Positions 27,773-38,350 of a stretch of 64,000 nt of DNA are shown in pieces (the first letter of the stretch is position 1; each line of letters opens with the position of its first letter). Under the pieces are notes generated by a model. That model saw nothing but the letters and a program-made list of their open reading frames with translations, did no database searches and was not told the origin of the DNA. Position numbers and translations under genes: made by a program. Source of the stretch: an uncultured virus (IMG/VR IMGVR_UViG_3300013132_000038). Its lineage: Duplodnaviria > Heunggongvirae > Uroviricota > Caudoviricetes. The DNA is taken from the IMG/VR virus record IMGVR_UViG_3300013132_000038; one strand, 5' to 3'.

Positions 27773-28837
27773 ATGCTATTTGATTTTGACGACATACTTA
27801 TAGAACCGGAAATACACACAGGAATATTATCAAGAAAAAAAGTGGATGTTTTTGACGAGAAACAAATGCTTCCTCTTTTTACTGCTCCAATGGACACTGT
27901 TATTAGCATAGAAAATTATTCAGTTTTCAATTCTCATAAGATATACGGTATCATACCAAGAAAAACTGAATATGATCTTAATCATGTCTCTATAGATCAT
28001 AAAGTTTGGTTTTCCTATGGATTGGATGATTTTAAAAAAATATTCATTGACAACCGTGCTCCTATAGGATTAGGGGAAAGAGCTTATGCCTTAATTGATA
28101 TAGCTAACGGTCACATGAGGATAGTAAAAGAACTAGTTGAGCAATCTAAAGAGATATACGGAGGAAGTTTAGTTATAATGGTTGGTAACTGTGCTAACCC
28201 TTTAACTTATATGTCACTAGCACAAGCAGGAGCAGATTATGTTAGAATGGGAATAGGTAATGGAGCTGGATGCTTAACAACAGTGCAAACTGGTATAGGT
28301 TATCCAATGGCTTCACTCATTCACGAAACATCTAAATTGCAACAAGAAAGAAATCTCTCTGCTAAAATAGTAGCGGATGGAGGATTTAAAAAATACGCTG
28401 ATGTTATAAAGGCCTTAGCATTAGGTGCGGACTACGTGATGTTAGGAAGTATATTTAACAAGGCTTTGGAAAGCTGTGGTGAAACATACGAAGAAAATAA
28501 GGACTATGGATCTTGGAAGGAACCAGGGGACAAAGTAGATCAGTATTCTATAGATGTCCTTTTACAATTTGAAGCTGGAAGGAAATTTTTCAAGAAGTTT
28601 AGAGGTATGTCAACTAAGGAAGTACAAAAGAGTTTAGGAAAAGATGAATTAAAAACTTCCGAAGGTATTTCTAAGATGCAGCAGGTAGAATACACACTAA
28701 GTGGGTGGTGTGAGAATTTCCAAGATTATCTAAAATCTGCAATGAGCTACACTGACTGTATAACTATAGGAGAATTTATTGGTAAAGTGAGATTTAATAA
28801 AATATCTAAAAATTCATTTGATAGATTTCATAAATAG
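27773..28837 (+). CDS. GMP reductase / IMP dehydrogenase family enzyme
   Basis: APMDTV, DIANGH, GIGNGAGCLT, ADGG, ALALGADYVMLGS, FRGMST. Confidence 0.9.
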   Translation: MLFDFDDILIEPEIHTGILSRKKVDVFDEKQMLPLFTAPMDTVISIENYSVFNSHKIYGIIPRKTEYDLNHVSIDHKVWFSYGLDDFKKIFIDNRAPIGLGERAYALIDIANGHMRIVKELVEQSKEIYGGSLVIMVGNCANPLTYMSLAQAGADYVRMGIGNGAGCLTTVQTGIGYPMASLIHETSKLQQERNLSAKIVADGGFKKYADVIKALALGADYVMLGSIFNKALESCGETYEENKDYGSWKEPGDKVDQYSIDVLLQFEAGRKFFKKFRGMSTKEVQKSLGKDELKTSEGISKMQQVEYTLSGWCENFQDYLKSAMSYTDCITIGEFIGKVRFNKISKNSFDRFHK

Positions 28838-28881
28838 GAAACCTTTAAAAAAATCACCATATAATAAAGAAAATAGCATAA

Positions 28882-29682
28882 ATGAAAAAATTTGGGAGGT
28901 TTAGTGACGTCATTAAATGGACAGCTCAACAGATGTATGATTATTCTTATGTGGTTCACACCGAAAGATGGCAAGGTAAAGAAATCAAACACGATCCCAG
29001 ATATGCTATGATAGAGACTTTAAATCTATCTTTCTCGTGTCAGATGAGTTCAGATTTAGGAGTTATAGGAGAACAAATAAAACCAAACTTTGATTGGGCA
29101 GATGAACACTTCGAAGAAAGAGTTAGCGGTACACCTTTAAATCCACCTCCATCTCATGTTCGCTGGCCTTATGCACAAAAAAATAATGCTGAATTCGGAG
29201 GACATGAAAAATTCTCACATACATATCCAGAAAGAATATGGGGAAAATACGGGGGAGAAGATTCAGCGACTAGGAAATCAGGAGTAACCCTAAAGGGGAT
29301 AAGATACCATTATGGAGATTTTGCAGACGTTATTAATCTTATGGTTAGAGAGCCTTTTACTAGACAGGCATTTCTTCCAATATGGTATCCTGAAGATACT
29401 GGATCTGTCCACGGAGAAAGAGTTCCTTGTACAATAGGATATCACTTTATAAGAAGAGGTGAATGGGTCCATGTAGTTTACTATATTAGATCCTGCGATT
29501 TCTTTAGACATTTTAGAGATGATATCTATTTATGTGCTAAAAAGGTATTTTGGCTTATCGAACAGTGCAAGAAAAAGGATCCTGAAAATTGGAACGACGT
29601 TAAACCAGGTATGCTAACTATGCACATAACGTCCCTACACGCATGGGCTTCAGAAAAACCACTGCTTAAGAATCTGATGTAG
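28882..29682 (+). CDS. thymidylate-synthase-fold pyrimidine (probably dCMP) hydroxymethylase-like enzyme
   Basis: TRQA, VPCT, RSCD...DD, SLH motifs. Confidence 0.7.
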   Translation: MKKFGRFSDVIKWTAQQMYDYSYVVHTERWQGKEIKHDPRYAMIETLNLSFSCQMSSDLGVIGEQIKPNFDWADEHFEERVSGTPLNPPPSHVRWPYAQKNNAEFGGHEKFSHTYPERIWGKYGGEDSATRKSGVTLKGIRYHYGDFADVINLMVREPFTRQAFLPIWYPEDTGSVHGERVPCTIGYHFIRRGEWVHVVYYIRSCDFFRHFRDDIYLCAKKVFWLIEQCKKKDPENWNDVKPGMLTMHITSLHAWASEKPLLKNLM

Positions 29683-29694
29683 GATATATATTAG

Positions 29695-30537
29695 ATGCTG
29701 AGACATCTAAAAGACTTTAAAAGCTTTTCTTTATTTGAAAATGTAAAGGTGGAAAAAATAGATCCCGCCTCTTATAAGATGGAGACTGTTACAGAAGTTC
29801 CTTATATGAGTTACATCAAGGAAAATCGTAATAGATTTTTAAAAAAATTAACAAAGATCTCAGAAGAACTTGGGATAAAACCACAATGGCTCTTGCACAC
29901 TATATTTCACGAAAGCAGGTTCGACCCTAAATATAAAGATGAGGTTTCTGGACAAGTAGGACTTCTAGCTTTTATTCCTACAGTATTAAAGAATTTTATT
30001 AATCCCGATACGGGAAAAAATTATTCCGCGAATGACGTTTTAGAAATGAGCAATGTTGATCAATTAGATCTAGTAAGAGCTTTTTATAAAACGTGGATAA
30101 GCGAAATGAATCTTAAGGGAGAACTATCACCTGGGGATTTTGCATCTATAACATTTTATCCCGAAACAATTAGAAAAGATTGGAAATGGGAATTCCCTTC
30201 GTATGTAGTTGATCGAAACATAGAGACATTTAAAAGTTTTCCTTCTAACGGGGGTAAATCAAAGAAGGATTACTACGAATACATAGATCAGATATTTAAC
30301 AGTGAAGAAGAACAGGACGACAATAATAATTATATCCTTGGAAACTTTACTGGTGCTTTCGCTGATACCCAGTCATATAGATCTAAAAAACCTCTAGAAT
30401 ATTATAAAGGTTTATTAGATTCAATTGAGGATCCGTATCTAAATCAAGAAATACAACAACAAGATTTAGAAAATACTGAAAAATCTAAACAGGTTAATGC
30501 TAACACTGTACCATTAGGAATAAATGCTGTAAAATGA
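29695..30537 (+). CDS. lytic transglycosylase-like virion protein
   Basis: I.HESRFDP ... GLLAF ... QLDLV lysozyme-like motifs. Confidence 0.55.
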   Translation: MLRHLKDFKSFSLFENVKVEKIDPASYKMETVTEVPYMSYIKENRNRFLKKLTKISEELGIKPQWLLHTIFHESRFDPKYKDEVSGQVGLLAFIPTVLKNFINPDTGKNYSANDVLEMSNVDQLDLVRAFYKTWISEMNLKGELSPGDFASITFYPETIRKDWKWEFPSYVVDRNIETFKSFPSNGGKSKKDYYEYIDQIFNSEEEQDDNNNYILGNFTGAFADTQSYRSKKPLEYYKGLLDSIEDPYLNQEIQQQDLENTEKSKQVNANTVPLGINAVK

Positions 30538-30923
30538 AAATAAAAAAGCTAAAAGATTTCGCTATAAAAGAAAACCTAGAATATAGCGGAGAAGACGTAA
30601 CAAAAATGCCCGTCATCGGTAAAGTTATTACTAAAGCTATCGGTCCTTTCGAGGAAGCAGAATATGATGTTGTCGAAATAATAGACGATATGAACGGTAG
30701 GGAAATTTACGTGTGTAATAAATGGTATAAGGAATACAAAAGAATTCCACAGCTAATACACTCTGAACTTGTTAAGGAGTATATTCCGGTACAGAAATTT
30801 GGAAACTTTTATTAATGGGGTTATATAATAATAGAACTAGAGGTTTCTAGTCACTTCCCGGTCAAAAAACCGTAGAGCTTTCAGAAATGGACGCAAAGGA
30901 AGGGGCCAAATAAAATAATCTTT

Positions 30924-31730
30924 ATGTATTATTCAACGCCAAGCGTGAATGTGGGAGGTTGTACCGCACACATCACAAGAAACAGAAATAGATCTAAGAT
31001 CTATGGGGATTCCGTCTACCTCAAAGACGGAGAAAATTTCGAGATTGAATTATTCAATCCCACAACAGCAAGGGTCCTTGCGAAGATCAATCTAAACGGT
31101 AAGTGTATCTCTGAATCTGGTATCGTATTAAGACCAGGAGAGAGGATCTATCTGGAAAGATTTATCGACACAAACAACAAGTTTCTTTTCGAGACTTACG
31201 AAGTTGATAAATCTAATGAAGCTCTTAACGCTATAATTGATAATGGTATATTGGAGGTTTCTTTCTATAAAGAATCGCTACCTTTAAACAGCTCAGATAG
31301 CTATTTTAAAACTTATCCTTCATACAACCCAACCCTTACTATTGGTGGATCAACAGGAATTTATTATGGAGGATATACATCTGATGTATTTACGTCCTAT
31401 TGCTCAGATTCAAACTTTTCCTTAGGCGGATCTACAGTAAACAATCTATTTACTACTACAAGCATGACAAATGATTCAATAAAAGGATCTAATGCTAGTA
31501 ATAGTTTAGAAACAGGAAGAGTTGAAATGGGAGAATCAAGTAATCAAGAATTTAAAAGTATTTCTGCTAATTTTGTAGACACTGCAGAAACAACTATTAA
31601 ATATAGAATACTTCCAGAATCCCAAAAACCATTAGAGTCTTCCTCTATAAGAAACTATTGTACCGGTTGTGGAACAAGGATGAAAAAACAGACTTGGAAA
31701 TTTTGTCCTAATTGCGGATCTAAGATCTAA
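30924..31730 (+). CDS. hypothetical protein with C-terminal zinc ribbon
   Basis: CTGCG...KFCPNCG. Confidence 0.6.
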   Translation: MYYSTPSVNVGGCTAHITRNRNRSKIYGDSVYLKDGENFEIELFNPTTARVLAKINLNGKCISESGIVLRPGERIYLERFIDTNNKFLFETYEVDKSNEALNAIIDNGILEVSFYKESLPLNSSDSYFKTYPSYNPTLTIGGSTGIYYGGYTSDVFTSYCSDSNFSLGGSTVNNLFTTTSMTNDSIKGSNASNSLETGRVEMGESSNQEFKSISANFVDTAETTIKYRILPESQKPLESSSIRNYCTGCGTRMKKQTWKFCPNCGSKI

Positions 31731-31743
31731 ACATTACTACACA

Positions 31744-31770
31744 AAAAACCCAGGAGAGATCCTGGGTTTG
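31744..31770. terminator. bidirectional terminator between convergent genes
   Basis: AAAAAACCCAGGA-GAGA-TCCTGGGTTT. Confidence 0.7.
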
Positions 31771-31776
31771 TAGTTT

Positions 31777-32589
31777 CTATAGATATCTTTCCCAATCCTG
31801 AGACATCTCTGCTTGAGATATTTCAGAATCTGTATAAGGACGAATATTTCTAAGAGGTGTTCCTTGATAAGCCATATAAGCATCCCTAGGAACTGGTATT
31901 TGATATTCAGGGGAAACATTAGTATTTCCTCCGTATCCAGCAGTCGTAGGTGTAGTCGATATTTTAGGCTGATCTTTTGGCCCAAACATCCAATCATAAG
32001 ATTTTTTTGCAAATTTTACCTCTTGTGTAACGCCCCTTACTGATTTGGTTAATTGTTTAACCTTACCTGGATTAGAAGCAAGAGTTGCTAATTTTGAACC
32101 ACCCTTCATTACGAAGTTTTTAAGTGACCCTATCATTTTTCCTATGAATGGACCAATCCCAGAAAATTTAGTCATAAACTTAGAGCTTTTGAAGAAAGCT
32201 ACTATTTTTGGGAAAAACTTGGCAATTAAATTGGTAAGTGGTTTTAGTATAGAAGCTCCAATTGCTTTACCTTTTCCTAAAGCTTTAATTAAAAGTGTTC
32301 CTCCTGCTCCAATATATTGTCCAAAAAGTGGTATAAGTCCTATTGCACATAATCCAGCTAATAGATATTCTCCTTGCTTAGCATATGAAACTAGATTTAT
32401 TCCCTCTGCCACTGATCCTACCCCTGGGATAAGTGCTGCAAAATCTAGAACGGTATTGTACCATGCCTCCATTAATGCGGGATCATTAGAATTAAGGTAT
32501 TCTAAAGACTCATTAATTTGTTCGTTAGTAAAAAATATCGGGGATTCATTCTCAAATAGATAATCCTCTAGGGAAAGAATGTTATTCAT
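31777..32589 (-). CDS. virion protein with pre-toxin TG-like helical domain
   Basis: LDFAALIPGVGSVAEGIN...GEYLLAGLCAIGLIPLFG. Confidence 0.55.
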   Translation of the reverse strand: MNNILSLEDYLFENESPIFFTNEQINESLEYLNSNDPALMEAWYNTVLDFAALIPGVGSVAEGINLVSYAKQGEYLLAGLCAIGLIPLFGQYIGAGGTLLIKALGKGKAIGASILKPLTNLIAKFFPKIVAFFKSSKFMTKFSGIGPFIGKMIGSLKNFVMKGGSKLATLASNPGKVKQLTKSVRGVTQEVKFAKKSYDWMFGPKDQPKISTTPTTAGYGGNTNVSPEYQIPVPRDAYMAYQGTPLRNIRPYTDSEISQAEMSQDWERYL

Positions 32590-32649
32590 ACTTTTTTATT
32601 GTATATATCCCTTCTTTGAAATTTTTAATTCTTAAATAGTATAAGTGAT

Positions 32650-32997
32650 ATGCTTTATAGATCTAATAAAATATATGTAGACGATTCCATAGTTCATGGA
32701 AGGGGGGTTTTTGCAGCAGAAAGAATAAAATCTGGCGAGATTTTAGAAGAATGTCATTATATAAAAGTTCCTAACGACTTTACATATCCACAAATATTAA
32801 CAGATCACTTTTTTAGCTGGCCTAAAGGGGAAAGTGAATTAGTTATATGTTTAGGATTTGGTAGTATTTTTAACCATTCTGATGATCTATATAATGCAGA
32901 TTGGGAAACAGATACAAAGAAAAATAAGTTGATATTTTTTGCAACTAGAAATATAGAAGTTGGAGAAGAAATATTTACAAACTATCAGAAATATTAA
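32650..32997 (+). CDS. SET domain methyltransferase
   Basis: HGRGVFA, FNHS, ATRNI..GEEIF.NY. Confidence 0.9.
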   Translation: MLYRSNKIYVDDSIVHGRGVFAAERIKSGEILEECHYIKVPNDFTYPQILTDHFFSWPKGESELVICLGFGSIFNHSDDLYNADWETDTKKNKLIFFATRNIEVGEEIFTNYQKY

Positions 32998-34005
32998 CCA
33001 GAATCCTTTTTTTTTAAAGAGCTTATACTCTACATTTGGAATATAAAAAACAAAAAACAAAATGGAACCAGAAGAAATAAAAAAGCATTTAAATTTTGAA
33101 GAGGAAATCGATAGAATGTACGACGAACAGTCACGAAAGCTTTATTCTTATATGCAAATAGAGGGAGAAAAAGCCTTCGAAAAAGAAAGTCCATTGCACA
33201 AATTCTTAGACACGGATCTTTTTGAAAGATTAATTTCACACTTCGAATCTACAGAAGAATATGAAAAGTGTGCTTACATTTTAAAATTATCCCAGAGAAT
33301 AAAAGAAAAGATCTCTTAGGAAGAAACTTTATCGAAATTTCCCATATAATATAATATGGGAAAGGGAAAAAGATATATTAAAAAATCTGCTGATGGCAGA
33401 TTTTTTTTGCATATAGAGGAACCTGAGTACTCCATAGACCCGGACAAAAAAAGTAAGTTGTGGCTTTCTTCGCCATATCTTTTAGAGGAATCTTTGAAAC
33501 AAGATCCAGAAGTCACTAACAAGGTATTAAATTATCTAATAAAATGGAACGAGATAAACCAAAATTTCGAGACATGCTCAAGACTTCTTCTCTTAAAAAA
33601 CGATATAAAATAATCTATTTTTAAAACATTTTTCGGACCTAAACAAAAAATCCGAGTATAATAAATGTGTGTAATTAAAAATTAATAATATGAGGGATTT
33701 TTTTATTAATGGGGGATTTAATTTAGGTAGAATAATCTCTTTTTCTAAATCTGGGTATAGAGAAAGATATCCAGATAATGAGGTATATTTTAATGCTAAT
33801 ATTTTTGTTTTAGGTGAAGGAAAAGTTTGGTATGGGGATCTTGATATAACCAAAGAATCAGAATCACTTCAAAACATTGCTAGAGAAACTGGAAAAGATT
33901 TGTATATCCTTAGTGAAATGGACGGAAGATTTGGGAATGAAAATCTAGATGATTCTGAAATCATTAGGAGATCAATGTGTAAAATAACTAAATAATTTAA
34001 TTAAT

Positions 34006-35184
34006 ATGGCTAAGAAGGAATTTTCATTTGCAGAACTTGATAAACAATTATCTAAAATCGACGGATTTGAAATGGGATCTATATTGGAGAACAATGAATT
34101 CTCTGAGGTTACCGAATGGATACCAACTGGAAATTATTTGTTAAATGCCCAATTATCAGGAACACTGTTTGGGGGTATAGCAAATAATAGATCAATGGGT
34201 ATTGCGGGAGACCCACAAACAGGTAAATCTTTCCTATGTATGAACATTGTGAGAGAGGCACAAAGAAAGGATTACAACGTAATCTATTGTGACACCGAAG
34301 GGGCAATAGATAAATCGGGTGCTAAAAAATTCGGCATCGACACAACAAAAGTTAGATATCAACCAATTAAGACTATTTCAGACTTTAAAGTTTTTGTTGC
34401 TAATTTAGTTGACAAGGTTAAAGGATACAGAAAAGAAGGTGCAGATCCTAAGATTGCTCTAGTTTTAGATTCACTAGGTATGCTATCAACAGATAAAGAA
34501 ACAGGAGACGCTCTAAAAGGAAAAAGCGCAATGGATATGGGTATTAGATCTAAAGAACTAAGATCACTATTCCGTGTTATTACTCTGGATCTTACCGCTG
34601 TTAAAATTCCTTTGATTTGTACAAATCATACGACTACGGGTAACATTGGAGGTTTTATGCCAACAAAGGAAGCAGCCGGTGGAGACGGGCCAATCTTTTC
34701 TATGAGCAATGTGATTATGTTATCTAAAGCTCAACTTAAAGAAGGAGACACAAAAACAGGTATTGTTGTTACATCAACACCAAAAAAAGCTAGATTTACT
34801 AGGCCTTATTCTGTTAAATTCCACATCTCTTTTATGAATGGTATGAATCCATATGTTGGATTACAAGATTTTGTTTCATGGGAAAATTGTGGAATACAAA
34901 GAGGTAAATTAGAGGTCGATAAAAAGACTGGAGAAATGGAATTCATCCCGAACGAGTCGTCTCCAAGATGGGCAGTTAGACACTTAGGAAAAACCGTTCC
35001 ATCTACACAAATATTTACCTCTGAGGTTTTCACTGAGGATGTGCTTAGACAATTGGACGAAAATGTCATACAACCTCACTTTAAATTACCAGATTTATTT
35101 GATGAATCAGAATTGGAAGATTTAGTAAATGGTGAAACTGACGAGCAAGAAGTAACAGAGACTAATGGAGAAGAGCAAGCTTAA
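34006..35184 (+). CDS. uvsX: UvsX/RecA-like recombinase
   Basis: GDPQTGKS, YCDTEGA, LDSLGML, TNH. Confidence 0.9.
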   Translation: MAKKEFSFAELDKQLSKIDGFEMGSILENNEFSEVTEWIPTGNYLLNAQLSGTLFGGIANNRSMGIAGDPQTGKSFLCMNIVREAQRKDYNVIYCDTEGAIDKSGAKKFGIDTTKVRYQPIKTISDFKVFVANLVDKVKGYRKEGADPKIALVLDSLGMLSTDKETGDALKGKSAMDMGIRSKELRSLFRVITLDLTAVKIPLICTNHTTTGNIGGFMPTKEAAGGDGPIFSMSNVIMLSKAQLKEGDTKTGIVVTSTPKKARFTRPYSVKFHISFMNGMNPYVGLQDFVSWENCGIQRGKLEVDKKTGEMEFIPNESSPRWAVRHLGKTVPSTQIFTSEVFTEDVLRQLDENVIQPHFKLPDLFDESELEDLVNGETDEQEVTETNGEEQA

Positions 35185-35460
35185 ATTAAAATATCTTCTT
35201 GGGATATGGAAGGATCTTCCTGAATATCCAATCAAAGAAGATATAATTTACGAGCTGAATTCCTATTTAGTTAGAGATGGGAGACCAGATGGGGAATTTT
35301 CAGATCAGACATTTAATTCATTTTTGGAACCAGACTGGAAGAAAACTAATCACGGTAAATTAGTAAAAGAATTGATAGAGACTGGGATATTTGAGAAAAC
35401 AGAGAAGAGTATAGGAAATAAAAATTGGTATAAAATAAAGGACAATCCACATTATTAAAA

Positions 35461-36762
35461 ATGCAGAATCAGCACTTAGAAAATATTTGGTTTAGAGCGG
35501 TTATAGATAACCCCGCTTATATAGATGCTACTGACGTTAGTTTTTTTAAGAACGCTGACTATCAGGAAGCTTTTAAAGTTATAAAATCTTTCTGGAAGAA
35601 ATACCAGCAAATACCAAGTAAAATTCAAGTAAGAGAATCTGCAAAGCTTTTAAAGATAGATGATAAATTATCTGATTCTTTATTAGATTCTATGTGGAGG
35701 ATAAACCTAGAAGATTACGACGTAGAATGGCTCCAACAAAATGTAGAATCATGGATCGAATGGAAAACTCTTGAAAAGAGTGCAGTAGATTCAATAAACT
35801 ACATAAGAAGCACTGATGTAACACCGGATAACATTAAAGACGTAATCAACACCTATAAATCTATCGTAGTCGACAGAAACAAAGTCGATTTTTCTTTTGA
35901 TATGGGTCTGAACTTTAGAGATCCAGATGCACACAAACAACCTAGTAACCTAACATTTTCAAGTGGATATGATTATATAGATTTCTGTTTGGGCGGTGGA
36001 TTTTCAGCAAAAGGATTATATGTGTTTTTAGGGCAACCCAAAGTAGGTAAAACATTATGGTTAGGCAATATAGCAACTCAGGCAATTAGAGCATCTAATA
36101 ATGTTGCTATTATAACTTTAGAGCTTAACGACCGTAAGTACATGAAGCGATTGGGATCTAATCTCCTAGGAATAAGAATGTCTGAATATAAGGACAGTGC
36201 AGAAAATGATGCTTTGATTAAAAAGAAAATCACAAACCTAGCTTTCGAAAACTTAAGAACCCCAGGAGAATTAGTAGTTAAAGAGTTTCCAACTTCACAA
36301 GCATCCGCAATAGATGTTGAAAATTGGCTAACTAAAGTGGAGCAAATAATGGGGATGAAATTTAAAATTGTTATTATTGACTACATCAATATTATGAAGA
36401 ACTGGAGAAATCCAAATTCAGAAAATACATATATGAAGATTAAGCAAATAGCTGAGGATTTAAGAGCTGCAGCTCAAAGAAATCAATGGGCTATTGTTAC
36501 AGCAACACAAACAAAACAAAGCGAATTTGACGCTACCGATTTAAGTATGAACTCTGCATCGGAATCTTCTGGATTGGTTGCTACTGTAGATGGTATGTTT
36601 GGTATCATCCAGGATCCAATGATGTATACGAATAACGAATATAAGCTAAAGCTATTAGCAAATAGGGATGAGGGATATAAAAATTCCTACAAGAAATTTT
36701 TAGTTGATTACAACTTTATGAGGATTTCTGAGGATCCCAATTCTCAAATAATGAATGATTAA
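35461..36762 (+). CDS. DnaB-like replicative helicase (T4 gp41-like)
   Basis: GQPKVGKT, ITLEL, IIDYINIM, TATQT, SESSG. Confidence 0.9.
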   Translation: MQNQHLENIWFRAVIDNPAYIDATDVSFFKNADYQEAFKVIKSFWKKYQQIPSKIQVRESAKLLKIDDKLSDSLLDSMWRINLEDYDVEWLQQNVESWIEWKTLEKSAVDSINYIRSTDVTPDNIKDVINTYKSIVVDRNKVDFSFDMGLNFRDPDAHKQPSNLTFSSGYDYIDFCLGGGFSAKGLYVFLGQPKVGKTLWLGNIATQAIRASNNVAIITLELNDRKYMKRLGSNLLGIRMSEYKDSAENDALIKKKITNLAFENLRTPGELVVKEFPTSQASAIDVENWLTKVEQIMGMKFKIVIIDYINIMKNWRNPNSENTYMKIKQIAEDLRAAAQRNQWAIVTATQTKQSEFDATDLSMNSASESSGLVATVDGMFGIIQDPMMYTNNEYKLKLLANRDEGYKNSYKKFLVDYNFMRISEDPNSQIMND

Positions 36763-37238
36763 TGAAAAAGCAAAAGAAACTGATTGAAGATGAAAAAGAT
36801 GATCTTAACATAGATGGTGAATTAGAGGAGGCAGCTCAGAAAGAAGAGCCTGTGGACGAGGAGTTTGAAACAGATCCTGCTTTAGACTACAGGAGCTTAC
36901 ATTCTGTAGTTACTTATGAAGATGAAGACTACATATACTCTTGTAATTTGAACGACAAGATAGATGCAATATTTCAGGCTTCTAGGTGGACAGTAATAAG
37001 TCCTAGCAAAAAAATCCCCAAGGATTTAATTCCGTTAATCTTTCAAGACATTTTAAAAGAGCTAGAGGACACTGAATTCAGTATGGTAGAAAAATTTGTT
37101 GCTATTTGTGACTATACTGCAATAAATTACCAGAAGGCTTATGAATCTATTCATATGAAATATAAAGAGCTTATAGTTCAAGAAATGGATCAAAAATATG
37201 GTATTTTAGGCAAGAAAGGAATCAAAAAAATATTCTAA
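36762..37238 (+). CDS. hypothetical acidic protein
   Basis: 158-aa ORF coupled between helicase and gp47. Confidence 0.5.
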   Translation: MKKQKKLIEDEKDDLNIDGELEEAAQKEEPVDEEFETDPALDYRSLHSVVTYEDEDYIYSCNLNDKIDAIFQASRWTVISPSKKIPKDLIPLIFQDILKELEDTEFSMVEKFVAICDYTAINYQKAYESIHMKYKELIVQEMDQKYGILGKKGIKKIF

Positions 37239-38350
37239 TGGAGAAATTCCCGGGAATTAAAAGAATAATATTTATTACTGATACACACTTAGGGGTTAGA
37301 AATAATTCCAACGACTGGATTGAGATACACGAAAATTATTTCAAAAATTGGTTTATTCCCTTATGTAAAAAAATATACAAACCCGGAGATTGTCTAGTGC
37401 ACCTGGGAGATGTGTACGACAGCAGGCAATCACTAAATCTTAGAGTACTTAATTTAGGTATAGAGATATTTGAAGAACTCTCCAATATTTTTAAAGATGG
37501 AATTTTTATCATATGTGGAAATCACGACGTATATGGAAAAAATACCAACGAGGTTAATTCTTTAAAGTCTCTAAAATGGATTCCTAGAATAAAAATATAT
37601 GAGGAGTCTGAATCTATAATAATGGGGGAGCGTAAGGTTTTTCTTATGCCATGGAGAAAGGATCACAGCGCGGAGAGAGAAACATTAAGTTCTGTAAAAG
37701 AATCACACGACTATATGTTTTGTCACACGGATCTTAAGGGTCTAATGTTCAATAAGTTTGTTAGGATAGATGAAGGTCTGGAATATACTGATATAGATAA
37801 ATTCGATAGGGTTTATTCTGGACACATTCACTATTCACAAACTTTTGGTAAAATGAGAATGCTTGGGTCTCCTTACCAACTCACAAGGTCTGATACTGAT
37901 AACCCAAAAGGGATAACTGTTTTAGATTTAGAAACAGGATATGAAGACTACTACGAAAATGATTATTCTCCAAAGTTTATAAGAATGACTTTTGAGAAAG
38001 TTATAAATTCTAATCCATCTGAGCTAAATCCCATATTTAAAAATAATTTTATAGACATATTAGTTGATCCTGAATTAGCAGTTAAAGCTCCTTTAGGGCT
38101 GTTGACTGAATATGTTAATCCGCCTTTAAAGATATCATTTACCCCTATAACGAATCCAGACCATGAGGTAGTAGACGAAGGTTTTCATGATTTAGAAGGC
38201 AAAAACTTCTCTATTCTAGATCTTACTAAATTATATCTTGAGAAATGTAATTATGAAGAAGAGAAAAAAACAAAAATATACAGCGCAATAGAAAAACTGC
38301 TACATAAAATATCTGTACAAGTTAAGGAAGATGAAAATCAAGAAGATTGA
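37238..38350 (+). CDS. recombination endonuclease subunit (gp47/Mre11-like)
   Basis: DTHLG, HLGD, GNHD, SGHIH, GSPYQ. Confidence 0.9.
   Translation: MEKFPGIKRIIFITDTHLGVRNNSNDWIEIHENYFKNWFIPLCKKIYKPGDCLVHLGDVYDSRQSLNLRVLNLGIEIFEELSNIFKDGIFIICGNHDVYGKNTNEVNSLKSLKWIPRIKIYEESESIIMGERKVFLMPWRKDHSAERETLSSVKESHDYMFCHTDLKGLMFNKFVRIDEGLEYTDIDKFDRVYSGHIHYSQTFGKMRMLGSPYQLTRSDTDNPKGITVLDLETGYEDYYENDYSPKFIRMTFEKVINSNPSELNPIFKNNFIDILVDPELAVKAPLGLLTEYVNPPLKISFTPITNPDHEVVDEGFHDLEGKNFSILDLTKLYLEKCNYEEEKKTKIYSAIEKLLHKISVQVKEDENQED

Noticed and set aside
32045..32563. 172-aa plus-strand ORF
   Set aside because: Antisense to the better-supported gene 31777..32589(-)
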